Shown here one piece after another: positions 40,200 to 52,479 of a DNA stretch of 64,000 nucleotides. The DNA is taken from the NCBI GenBank assembly GCA_964016885.1, contig OZ024745.1:3100001-3164000 (forward strand), read 5' to 3'. Origin of the DNA: Eledone cirrhosa. Taxonomy: Eukaryota. A model generated the notes under the pieces. It made no database searches. It saw only the letters and a list, made by a program, of their open reading frames with translations, and had not been told where the DNA came from. Made by a program: the position numbers and the translations under genes. Positions within the stretch are counted from its first letter, which is position 1, and each line of letters opens with the position of its first letter.

Positions 40200-42060
40200 T
40201 ATAATGGACGGCATGAAGTATGTGTGTGTGTGTGTGCGAGAAAGAGGACTTGGAGGTGATGGTGGGGTGATGTGTCGTCGAAGTGAAATGGTGTGTAGTT
40301 CTTTTGGTCTATATGCCAGCAGCCGGCTACACGCTAGACGAGACATTTTACACATATAGTCAACACATGTAGTAAATGCTCCGTGTAATATCGGCCCCTT
40401 TTTTTCCCCCTCTTCTCCATCTCTTGATGGTGAAAGCGGTGTGTAGCTTAGATATGTAACTGCTTAAGGCGGAGAGAAAGTACACCCCGACCGACTTCCC
40501 CTCCCTCTTCTGCATTACCAAGGTGTCAGAAACTGATTAAACGTCTCGCTGTTATTGCTGCTCCACACACTCCCCGTCTTACGTCTCTCATTCTTTCTTT
40601 CTTTTCTCTCTCTATCGCGTTGTCCTTTGTTGCTGTTTTTGTTGCTTGGCGCACTCCCCCGTAATACATATCGGTTTGATCATATTACTTAGCATTTTTG
40701 CTTTCCTCATATGTCATCTCTCTTCCTCTAACGCGCATGCACGCACAGACACAGTGGCAGATATGTTTTATAGTTAATATATATATATATATATACACAC
40801 GCACATACATACATTGACACAAACAGGCGTATATACACACACGTTCTTCATCCCAGTCATAAAATGCTACAGGAATGGCGGGTGAAACATCAGAAGGTAA
40901 AAGAAACATGTATATAAGTATATATATCTTGGATTTTTAGGTTAATAGACTATTTCACTAATATTACATTGAAATAGTTCATACATTGTTTACATATCGA
41001 TTTCTTTCTTTTAGTATGTTCCCCTACCTATTACCTTAAATTTGTTCCACAGCATTGATAGAAATTCGAGTGTCCATTGCTATGTGTTGTATCTGTTGCA
41101 TGTTGGTCTAATTCTGTCTGAAAGAATTGGGTTTTTTTTTATTTAGTTGCCACTGCCGCCATTTTTAGATCCACCTCTGGTGCGCGCGCAAGTAATAGGA
41201 AGTAAACTTGTTGCACTTTGTAATGTCATATAAACTGATTTAACTTCATGTTGGCTGAAAAACTTCCTTAAATTGAGCACTGTGGGGTTTTTTCGGCATT
41301 TCCGTGTTCTTCTCCCTCTTTTTATTCTCATTTTATTTATTAAGTCGATGATTGCTTAGTTTAAAGTTGACTGTCACTGTTCACCATATCTAATTCTGCT
41401 AATGTAAACAACGTTTGTGAATTCTCGAGAAAACGTGGAACTTCAAAGTTTTTTGGAGGGAAGTTCTGCCTTTTGTGCTTCACTAGCAACGGAAAGGAAA
41501 TTATTCCAATTAAAAATTGAAATCGAATCCCCATAACCTATCACGGCATGTCCCACAAAATATATTCCATATGCACATTATATTTTCAATATATTTACAG
41601 CAATTATATAAATTCGATTTTTTTTTTTTTTTCTTTTTACTCGATCGCGTTGCTCATAATTTTTTATGAACAGCAACATTTACGACACAAGATATATATA
41701 TATATATATATATATATGTTTTCTAAGAATAAGCGAGGGCACTTGTTACGTTGATATTGTCCCTGTCGTATTGTGGCAACTTTTCAGCATGCGTTCATTA
41801 TAGAAAAAACGAAATCGTTGTTGGAATAACAGAAATGATAAAGGCAACAGTGCGAAATAATTTGGCAGGTCGTCTTTGGTAAGACATGTTACCTCACAAG
41901 TTTATAGAATCCAGATCTAGTTCGTGTTATCTGTTTATGAAAATATTTACAATCGATTAGTTGTGCTAGATGTGAGTATCTCAGCGGCAATATTCACTCT
42001 ATCAATATATCTGAATTTAGAACATTTCACCTGTACGGGCTGAGGGTGCTGTTCGCTGGT
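40200..42060. promoter_or_regulatory. Putative promoter / CpG-retaining region, possibly bidirectional
   Basis: Visibly more CpG than the 46-60 kb region and no recognisable TEs. Motifs are YY1 consensus GCCGCCATTTT at 41155-41165, palindrome TGCGCGCGCA at 41181-41190, ETS core AGGAAGT at 41197-41203 and NRF1-like GCGCATGC at ~40733. Confidence 0.45.
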
Positions 42061-42916
42061 TTCATAGGCCATTTGCATACATAGAAGAAATCCTATTGAA
42101 TATTTCTTTCACACAATTTTAATAACATAGGTTGTTTTCTTTTTGCTTTTTAACTAATGTTAAGAGCAAAAAATAAATACATTTTATGTGTGATGGTGGC
42201 TGTCCTATTTCCAAAAATGATTCCATCTGTGTTAAATATTAATATATAAAGAAATAACAGCAGGATATCCGAACTTTAAGCTGGGAAAACGACTGTTAAA
42301 TAATGATGTAATGTGGTTAGTATGACATTGTGTTATTCTCTGGTCAACTTGACAAAATATGTCTATTGGTCATTGGTACAGTCTGGTAGTAAAATAATTT
42401 AACAGCTCTTACGTTGTTTCCTACTAATCATCAAAGCAAGTAAAAATGCATGTGGACCATATGCAGAAATACTCCATGTTGGATTTGCATATTTAACATA
42501 AGGAGGTGAGAGTCAACTAGAAGATATTTACTGCAGGATGAGCAGAGTGGTCAGTAAACAGGGCCCTCACTTGAACAACACTGCAGATTGTGGGATCGTT
42601 TACAATAGGGGAATGGTTAGGGTATGTTTAATATTGATGTTCAAAATTTAATTTATACAAATTAAATTTTGAACAAGGTTATGATACTTATTTCGACAAC
42701 AATAGGAAAATAAACATTTTTTGTTGTTTCTGTTTTGCACATAACTTTAGAGAGGTATCTGATCCAAGTTTTCTGGCTTTCTTGCACTTCCTTGTTACAT
42801 TCAAAGTAAAATAACTTTACAAAATCTTGTGTAGGTGGACTTTATATGTATATAGATATCACGCATCTATAACCTGTTCAATTCTTACCAACATAACAAA
42901 AATAACTATGGTATGG

Positions 42917-43178
42917 TCTTGTAAATCCTGATAGTCGTAGTGGTACTGTGGTGGCATACAGCATTTCTTGGGCAATTTAAGCCTGGTGGAGCCATCTCCA
43001 GGTCTGAACATAGGAAGTGAGAGAGATATAGAGCAATAATCGACTCCACTACCAGACTGGTACATTTTTTATCGTCCTCGAAGGGTTGAAAGGTTGGTTG
43101 GATTTGAACTTTGAGAGTCAGAATGAATTCTGTAAAGGATTCTATCCGACATTCTTACAATTCAGCCAATTCACTGCC
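42917..43178 (-). mobile_element. SINE, reverse copy of the 29116-29432 family
   Basis: The reverse complement reads GGCAGTGAATTGGCTGAAT..CCTTTCAACCCTTCGAGGACGATAAAAAATGTACCAG..GTCGATT..CTCTATATCTCT..GACCTGGAGA..CCAGG. Confidence 0.8.
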
Positions 43179-43892
43179 ATAGAAACCTCAAGTTTATAAG
43201 ATCCCCCAAATAAGCATGTGGTGGTGGAAGAGTTAAAACATTATTATAGGTGTGATATTTGAAGCAACATGATTAATTATAAAACCTATTTAAAAATAAA
43301 TTTTGATAAAAAGATTGCTGTTTAATGTCGTTTTCAAAACATTTGATGAAAGCCCCAGCTGCAATGCACAATTATTTTAATATTGGTAAAAGCCTTGATT
43401 GAGACTTAGGTTAAATAAACCTCTAGTAAATATATAATTTAATCAATTCTTGAAAGCATTATCACTAATTTTTGGCAGATTTATTTCAATAATTCATCAA
43501 TATATGAATCCAAATATTGAAAATATTTATCCATGTCAACATTGCCCTTTGAAATTTTGATTATATTTCAATTCCATTTTGGTTTTCTGCTTATCAAGAT
43601 TGTGTACTAGTATAATTTTAATTTAAAATGTTATGGTTAATATTAAATTCTAAGTTATTTATTCAGTTCTTTTTTCATATTATCTCAACCAGTTGATATA
43701 CCATATATAAACCAATCTTTTCAATATAATAATAATATCAATATTAATCATTGGATATTAAAACTTTGAATGTTGGTTTTTATTTGAAAATCAAATGTCA
43801 AGTAGAAACATGGGTTTGTAATGACATTAAAAAGAAATTGCTTGTTTCATGTAGTTTTTGTCTCTTTTCAGTGAGAATTAGTCTGATTTCAT

Positions 43893-46151
43893 TAGTATAG
43901 TGTTTGACTAAACACCTTACAATATTGACAGATGGTATAGTGTTAGACTAAACACCTTACAATAGTGACAGGTGGTATAGTGTTAGACTAAACACCTTAC
44001 AATAGTGACAGGGGTGGTATAGTGTTAGACTAAACACCTTACAATATTGACAAGTGGTATAGTGTTTGACTAAACACCTTACAATATTGACAGATGGTAT
44101 AGTGTTTGACTAAACACCTTACTATAGTGACAGATGGTATAGTGTTTGACTAAATACCTTACAATAGTGACAGGTGGTATAGTGTTTGACTAAACACCTT
44201 ACAATAGTGTTAGACTAAACACCTTACAATAGTGAGAGGTGGTATAGTGTTAGACTAAACACCTGACAATATTGACAGGTGGTATAGTGTTTGACTAAAC
44301 ACCTTACAATAGTGACAGAGGTGGTATAGTGTTTGACTAAACACCTTACAATAGTGACAAGTGGTACAGTGTTTGACTAAACACCTTACAATAGTGACAG
44401 AGGTGGTATAGTGTTTGACTAGTGACAGGTGGTATAGTGTTTGACTAAACACCTTACAATAGTGACAGATGGTATAGTGTTAGACTAAACACCTTACAAT
44501 ATTAACAGAGGTGGTACAGTGTTTGACTAAACACCTTACAATATTGACAGAGGTGGTATAGTGTTTGACTTAACACCTTACAATAGTGACAGGTGGTATA
44601 GTGTTAGACTAAACACCTTACAATATTGACAAGTGGTATAGTGTTTGACTAAACACCTTACAATATTGACAGATGGTATAGTGTTTGACTAAACACCTTA
44701 CTATAGTGACAGATGGTATAGTGTTTGACTAAATACCTTACAATAGTGACAGGTGGTATAGTGTTTGACTAAACACCTTACAATAGTGTTAGACTAAACA
44801 CCTTACAATAGTGAGAGGTGGTATAGTGTTAGACTAAACACCTGACAATATTGACAGGTGGTATAGTGTTTGACTAAACACCTTACAATAGTGACAGAGG
44901 TGGTATAGTGTTTGACTAAACACCTTACAATAGTGACAAGTGGTACAGTGTTTGACTAAACACCTTACAATAGTGACAGAGGTGGTATAGTGTTTGACTA
45001 GTGACAGGTGGTATAGTGTTTGACTAAACACCTTACAATAGTGACAGATGGTATAGTGTTAGACTAAACACCTTACAATATTGACAGAGGTGGTACAGTG
45101 TTTGACTAAACACCTTACAATATTGACAGAGGTGGTATAGTGTTTGACTTAACACCTTACAATAGTGACAGGTGGTATAGTGTTAGACTAAACACCTTAC
45201 AATAGTGAAAGAGGTGGTATAGTGTTTGACTAAACACCTTACAATATTGACAAGTGGTATAGTGTTTGACTAAACACCTTACAATAGTGACAGGTGGTAT
45301 AGTGTTTGACTAAACACCTTACAATAGTGACAGAGGTGGTATAGTGTTTGACTAAACACCTTACAATATTGACAGGTGGTATAGTGTTTGACTAAACACC
45401 TTACAATAGTGACAGGTGGTATAGTGTTTGATAGTGACAGGTGGTATAGTGTTTGACTAAACACCTTACAATAGTGACAGATGGTATAGTGTTAGACTAA
45501 ACACCTTACAATATTGACAGAGGTGGTACAGTGTTTGACTAAACACCTTACAATATTGACAGAGGTGGTATAGTGTTTGACTTAACACCTTACAATAGTG
45601 ACAGGTGGTATAGTATTAGACTAAACACCTTACAATATTGACAGAGGTGGTATAGTGTTTGACTAAACACCTTACAATAGTGACAGGTGGTATAGTGTTA
45701 GACTAAACACCTTACAATAGTGACAGGTGGTATAGTGTTTGACTAAACACCTTACAATAGTGACAGGTGGTATAGTGTTAGACTAAACACCTTACAATAG
45801 TGACAGGTGGTATAGTGTTTGACTAAACACCTTACAATAGTGGCAGAGGTGGTATAGTGTTTGACTAGTGACAGGTGGTATAGTGTTTGACTAAACACCT
45901 TACAATAGTGACAAGTGGTATAGTGTTAGACTAAACACCTTACAATAGTGACAGGTGGTATAGTGTTAGACTAAACACCTTACAATAGTGACAGGTGGTA
46001 TAGTATTAGACTAAACACCTTACAATATTGACAGAGGTGGTATAGTATTAGACTAAACACCTTACAATATTGACAGAGGTGGTACAGTGTTTGACTAAAC
46101 ACCTTAAAATAGTGACAGAGGTGGTATAGTGTTAGACTAAACACCATACTA
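43893..46151. repeat. 41/43-bp minisatellite (~55 units) with a hairpin core
   Basis: Unit GTGGTATAGTGTTTGACTAAACACCTTACAATAGTGACAG(AG) contains GTGTTT-GACT-AAACAC. Identical ORFs at 44255 and 44834 show a 579-bp higher-order duplication. Confidence 0.98.
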
Positions 46152-46377
46152 TATTTAGTTTTAGTTTAAGTCTTGTCTTTGCTTTTCATTTCTCTGAAGC
46201 AAATAAAAGACATACCAGCTGTTTTTCTCCTCTCCTACAAATGTTTTGGCCTTGTGCCAAAATTAGAATTTATCATTGATAGTAGTGGTAGTAGTATATT
46301 GTTACACCTTGCTGTATTTATCTCAGTCTGTTCAATTGACAAAGAATTATCCTTTAAGTGTTTTGCTATAGTTAGTT

Positions 46378-46615
46378 GAAGGTTCATCAGGCTGGCGCTT
46401 AGCCCCAGTTTTCTTGGCATTGAGTGGCTGAGAGTACAAGACTCTCCCTGGACAGGGCCCGTTCTATCGCAGGATTAACTCCCTGGCTACTGTTGCTACT
46501 CTCAGCTGAGTGGACTGGAGTAACATGAAATAAAATGTTTTTCTCAAGAACACAACACAGCATCCTGTCCAGGAATTGAACTGACAACATACGTCAAGTA
46601 TTGATTGTGAGCCTA
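46378..46615 (-). mobile_element. tRNA-derived SINE, reverse copy of the 59020-59280 family
   Basis: CTCAGCTGAGTGGACTGGAG.AACATGAAAT..CTCAAGAACAC and CCTGGACAGG..ATCGCAGG.TTAAC are reverse complements of motifs in 59020-59280. Confidence 0.8.
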
Positions 46616-49600
46616 CCTTCACATGAATCTCTTATAACTGAATTAAAACACAAGAAACACCTCAGATGCTCTCAAAATATGGCAGCTGTTATTCACTTTC
46701 AGTAAATCATTGATAAACTAGAACTAAAATAAATGGTCTTCGTATTTATGTTTTGAAACTGATTAATGTTAGGGGATTTACAACTACTGTCATATTTTTT
46801 AATATGTGTTTTCAAATATAAACAGCATTTATATATAACTGTTCTCAGTTGCCATGAGGCAATGTAGCTATATTAGGCATAGGACATATTATGAATAAAG
46901 TAGTAATTTTGGGAATATTTTATGATGGTGGTGAAGATGGGTAGTCCGGAGAAAGGAATCTTTTTTGATGTATTTTGTTTTGAATGTCAACATGGTACCA
47001 ATATTTTGACAAGTTCTCTGTGAAACAGGTCACGTTGACATTCCAGATTCTATAATGGTATTTGTTTTCTGGCATTAGCTAATAATTCTCTGCCCCTTAA
47101 GCCATTATTCCAAGACATCTCATGGAAACAAAATGTAAAATAAGTCTTATGGATTAAAGGGATTTTAGTCTTCATGCCTATGTAAAACTTAGTTCTTCAT
47201 TGCATTCTAATTATGTCATGACTTGTAATTGTTGGTTCTCTTATACTCTGTGTACTTTTGTCTCTTATATGCTCCAATTTCAAACTTTACCACAGTAGAT
47301 TTTGCCTTTTCTCCAATAAATACCATTTAAAATTAAGGTTCTTTCAATCAATTGTACCTTATTCCCTTTTATTCAGTAATATATCTCTAAGAAAATATAA
47401 ATCTGTGGTTGGAAAACAGCTGTCATATTCCCACCCACATTGGCATAATTTTTAACCGAAGTGAAATGAGAGCATTGCTTCCTTTGGTAGATCTTTTCTT
47501 ATACAGTGTGATTTAAATAAATATATTTAAGAAATAATTTGAAATACCATATGATATTGTTAATTAGTTACTTGTGATATATTTAACTAGTGAAATAACT
47601 TGTTCAAAGTTACCATACAATAGTTTCAACAGGATGTGACCTTATAAACCAATAACAATGACACTATACTGCTATTGCAGCTCAATTACTAAGTTGTAAT
47701 ATAAATTATATGTCTAACAAGTATTTTTGACTTAGCCCCTTCAGTTTCAATTGGTCTTTATATGAAGAGGCAGTAATATGGGATTACAGTCCTACTACAT
47801 TGGGTGGATAAAATACTTCCTATAAATGTTTTTTTTATATATTGTTATTAGCGGCTTTTCAGAGAACCATTTGTAACTTTTTAGTTACTGTATTTCTAAT
47901 GAAATACTTTATATTTTAGTTAATTAATGAAGAATTTGGGAAGGTTTTACTAAAATTATGTCATTAAGGTGGGATTTGTAACAACAAAATATTCTCATAT
48001 ATAATGTTGAAAGGTTTTTATTTAAATAGGAACCCTTTAAAATGGTATCAAAATGGTAAAGTTTTTGTCAGGATTGCAACAGTTACAATCTCTCTATATA
48101 GTATTTCTGAGTGGTGTTTTAATATTTATCAGGGAGTTAACATAGTGGTGATGTGAGATTTCTATAAACCTTATTGAATTAGTGGACAGTTTTAGCCATT
48201 TGCTTAGAATTGCTTCTTAAACTTTCTATCTAGCAAAAGTACTGTAGAATCCCTGAAATTAATATTTTTGTCAAATTGTCTTGTGTTAATTGACCCTTAA
48301 TAGATTAATTAATGGTAGTGTTACACTGAGGTTAGATAAATACACTTGTGCCACTGCAGTGCAGAATTAACCACTTAATTTATCAGAGTTATTACATTTA
48401 TTACAAATTAAATTGATTTATTTCAAATATTTTATTTTATTTATTTTAAAAAAAAAACATTTCTAAAATTATTGACATTCTTTCTGCTAAGATATCTTAA
48501 GGCTTTCATCCATAACCAATTACTGGCTATTGTTGACAGCACACCCACTTTATCATGGATTTTAAAATTAATTTTGTTTTCAATATTCATAATGGTAGAC
48601 AAATAGAATTAGTATATTTAAATTTAATTTTAGATCTATTGTGTGATAAATATTTCAGTAAATGTTATTTCACCAACATGTACATTTTGTTGAAATGACA
48701 TTGCTAGACTGTGTATAAGTTTCTTTGTTCAATATACAATACTTTTCTATTATGTCGACTGATCTTTTCTGGTTGGCAATGCTAAACAATGTTCGAGATG
48801 GAGTTTTGTTTTTGTTTCCTTATGCAATAGTTGAAGGTGATTGGTAGAACTCAGAAAAAAGTATTTGTGGGTAAACAAAGGCAAGAAAGAATGTTCACAT
48901 TCACTATACATAAGAAAAGAGAAATGTATCAATATTTTATAGTGTAGTATCTGAAGTTTCAGGATTATATAATTGAATCATTATATTGACTAAACATTGC
49001 AACTCTGACCCTCATATCATTGTTATGGTCAGTTCTGTTACAAGATAATTTGCTAGTTTATTATTGTGTTGTAGCTTAGAAAAGAGAACTAAGGGAATTC
49101 TAATAAGGACAATGGAGCCATCTAGTTATTGAAACTTATACTAAGCTACTGAAAGAGCTTAAGTTTACATAAAGGCATGACTTCATATACACATTAATTG
49201 GATCTGCAGGTGATTATTATTAAAGGTATATGAAACTGTTGCTGATGAGGGTTGAATGATAATGAAATGCAGGAAACCTAAAGTACCAAGAAAGAAATGT
49301 TATCAAATACATAACTGAAATCCTAGAAATTCAAACTGGAGTAAACTGTAACTCCTTCTAATTGTAAACTTTTTATTATTTTCCTTTTAGCACACTCTAC
49401 ATTTCCCTACAACTACAATTTAATATAGATATATTTGTAAACATTTAAAAAGTTATATTTTTTAAAAATAAGTGTTAGGTCCAGAAAATTATCACTCAGT
49501 GTATATACTGTTGGTTCTATATTTAATTGATTAGGCAGATTTATTTAATATTGTTCATGACAATATTATTTTATTATCTTACAGAAAAAGGTTACAACTC

Positions 49601-49926
49601 CACAGAATAAAATGTTGATAAAATTAGAAGCCATGTGCTAGTTTTTGACTTGTATGTAGATTGACCCAACAATGAAGTCGTTTGTTTTTGAAACTAGTTG
49701 TATTTTCACTGAAGCAAAGAATTGCAGTATTTTTGGGGTGGTGGGTGGAGTGGGGGTTTTAAGCTTGCAATTTCTAGGTTTTCTTTTATTCAGCAAGTTA
49801 GAATTAACGTCTATGCACTAACATTTTCCTTTAATATCAGTCAGTTCCTCAGAATGGTACACTATGTTATCAAGAAAGGGATTAGCTATTATAATGACAG
49901 TGTTTTCAAGAGTCATGTCCTTTTGT

Positions 49927-50681
49927 GATATTGGTTGATATATAGCTATTGTATCTAATATATTGGTTGTTATATAGCTGTTGTATCTAATATATTGGTT
50001 GTTATATAGCTGTTGTATCTAATATATTGGTTGTTATATAGCTGTTGTATCTAATATATTGGTTGATATATAGCTGTTGTATCTAATATATTGGTTGATA
50101 TATAGCTGTTGTATCTAATAAGTTTGGTCTAATATATTGGTTGATATATAGCTGTTGTATCTAATATATTGGTTGATATATAGCTGTTGTATCTAATATA
50201 TTGGTTGATATATAGCTATTGTATCTAATATATTGGTTGATATATAGCTATTGTATCTAATAGGTTTGGTCTAATATATTGGTTGATATATAGCTATTGT
50301 ATCTAATAAGTTTGGTCTAATATATTGGTTGATATATAGCTATTGTATCTAATAGGTTTGGTCTAATATATTGGTTGATATATAGCTATTGTATCTAATA
50401 GGTTTGGTCTAATATATTGGTTGATATATAGCTATTGTATCTAATAGGTTTGGTCTAATATATTGGTTGATATATAGCTATTGTATCTAATAGGTTTGGT
50501 CTAATATATTGGTTGATATATAGCTATTGTATCTAATATATTGGTTGATATATAGCTATTGTATCTAATATATTGGTTGATATATAGCTATTGTATCTAA
50601 TAAGTTTGGTTGATATATAGCTATTGTATCTAATAAGTTTGGTTGATATATAGCTAATGTATCTAATAAGTTTGGTCTAAT
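49927..50681. repeat. 32-bp minisatellite with 46-bp and 33-bp variant units
   Basis: Unit ATATATTGGTTGATATATAGCTATTGTATCTA. The central copies carry an extra 14-bp ATA(A/G)GTTTGGTCTA. Confidence 0.97.
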
Positions 50682-50782
50682 ACCATTCCAACAGGCTGGT
50701 TTTCCTTAATTTTAGAGCTAGATCAAAATCTATAAATTAATAGAGTAAAATAAGAATACTATACATTTTGTTGTAGGTTTCA

Positions 50783-51796
50783 AGGGATCTTAAAGATACT
50801 ATAAGTCTATAGAATATCTAGTTGAGGGATCTTAAAGGTACTATGTCTATTAGAATATCTAGTTGAGGGATCTTAAAGATACTATAAGTCTATAGAATAT
50901 CTAGTTGAGGGATCTTAAAGATACTATAAGTCTATAGAATATCTAGTTGAGGGATCTTAAAGATACTATAAGTCTATAGAATATTTAGTTGAGGGATCTT
51001 AAAGGTACTATGTCTATTAGAATATTTAGTTGAGGGATCTTAAAGATACTATAAGTCTCTTAGAATATCTAGTTGAGGGATCTTAAAGATGCTATAAGTC
51101 TCTTAGAATATCTAGTTGAGGGATCTTAAAGATACTATAAGTCTCTTAGAATATCTAGTTGAGGGATCTTAAAGATACTATAAGTCTATAGAATATCTAG
51201 TTGAGGGATCTTAAAGGTACTATGTCTATTAGAATATTTAGTTGAGGGATCTTAAAGATACTATAAGTCTCTTAGAATATCTAGTTGAGGGATCTTAAAG
51301 GTACTATGAGTCTATTAGAATATCTAGTTGAGGGATCTTAAAGGTACTATGAGTCTATTAGAATATCTAGTTGAGGGATCTTAAAGATACTATAAGTCTA
51401 TAGAATATTTAGTTGAGGGATCTTAAAGGTACTATGAGTCTATTAGAATATCTAGTTGAGGGATCTTAAAGGTACTATGTCTATTAGAATATTTAGTTGA
51501 GGGATCTTAAAGATACTATAAGTCTCTTAGAATATCTAGTTGAGGGATCTTAAAGGTACTATGAGTCTATTAGAATATCTAGTTGAGGGATCTTAAAGGT
51601 ACTATGAGTCTATTAGAATATCTAGTTGAGGGATCTTAAAGATACTATAAGTCTATAGAATATCTAGTTGAGGGATCTTAAAGATACTATAAGTCTATAG
51701 AATATTTAGTTGAGGGATCTTAAAGGTACTATGAGTCTATTAGAATATCTAGTTGAGGGATCTTAAAGGTACTATGTCTATTAGAATATCTAGTTG
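50783..51796. repeat. 42-44-bp minisatellite (~23 units)
   Basis: Unit GGGATCTTAAAG(A/G)TACTAT(AA/GA/-)GTCT(AT/ATT/CTT)AGAATATCTAGTTGA. The first period measures 42 bp (50784 to 50826). Confidence 0.97.
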
Positions 51797-52436
51797 CATG
51801 ATGGTAAATACTGTTTCAGTTTAGTTATTAAATATATTTAAATCATATTTTCTATCCATGTTCTAGAGAGTTGACAAGTCAATATATATACATATGTGTG
51901 TGTGTATATGCAGACACGCACACATGCATTTCCTCAACTGATAGAGGTGTGTTCTGTTTATAATTTGTACTATATACCTTATTGTTTCAATAGAAGCTAA
52001 CCACTTTCTCTATTGTTTTTTTCTTTTTGACTTGCACTTGGTCTGATCAGATCTTCTGCTACTATGTATGGAAAGAAATGTTAGAACTTGCAGACAGACA
52101 GACACACACACTCTCTCTCATGACCCAGAAATGGTTACATTCTTTAGAAATATAATAATGGAATGTTGCCAGATGTAAAGCCAATATGGCAACTTTTTTT
52201 CTTCACAGGCATTCTTGATGTAACTTAAAATTTATATCTTGTCTTTGTACATGCACTCTCTAACACATACACTCACCCACACACACATATATAACAACAG
52301 CATCTACTGAATGAATATTTTCCACAAAACAACTGATTTCCTTTGTAGTCAGGATATCATGTAAAAATGACTTATGAAATTGTCAGTTATGAAAGTAATT
52401 AATTACTTGCTATGTTTTGTTGAACTCACAGAAGTG

Positions 52437-52479
<43 letters not shown>

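Noticed and set aside
37300-41000. Conserved microRNA cluster
   Set aside because: I found no match to the bilaterian or molluscan mature miRNAs I can recall and no convincing pre-miRNA hairpin. Lineage-specific miRNAs cannot be excluded without small-RNA data.
43893-46151. CRISPR-like look (palindromic repeat plus spacer) and Cys/His-rich ORFs
   Set aside because: The spacers are near-identical rather than unique, there are no cas genes, the context is eukaryotic, and the ORFs are repeat translations.
50783-51796. Relationship between the 42-bp unit and the 52-bp satellite (shared ATATCTAGTT and TAGAATA)
   Set aside because: The matches are short AT-rich words in a different order and the rest does not align. 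Probably chance.
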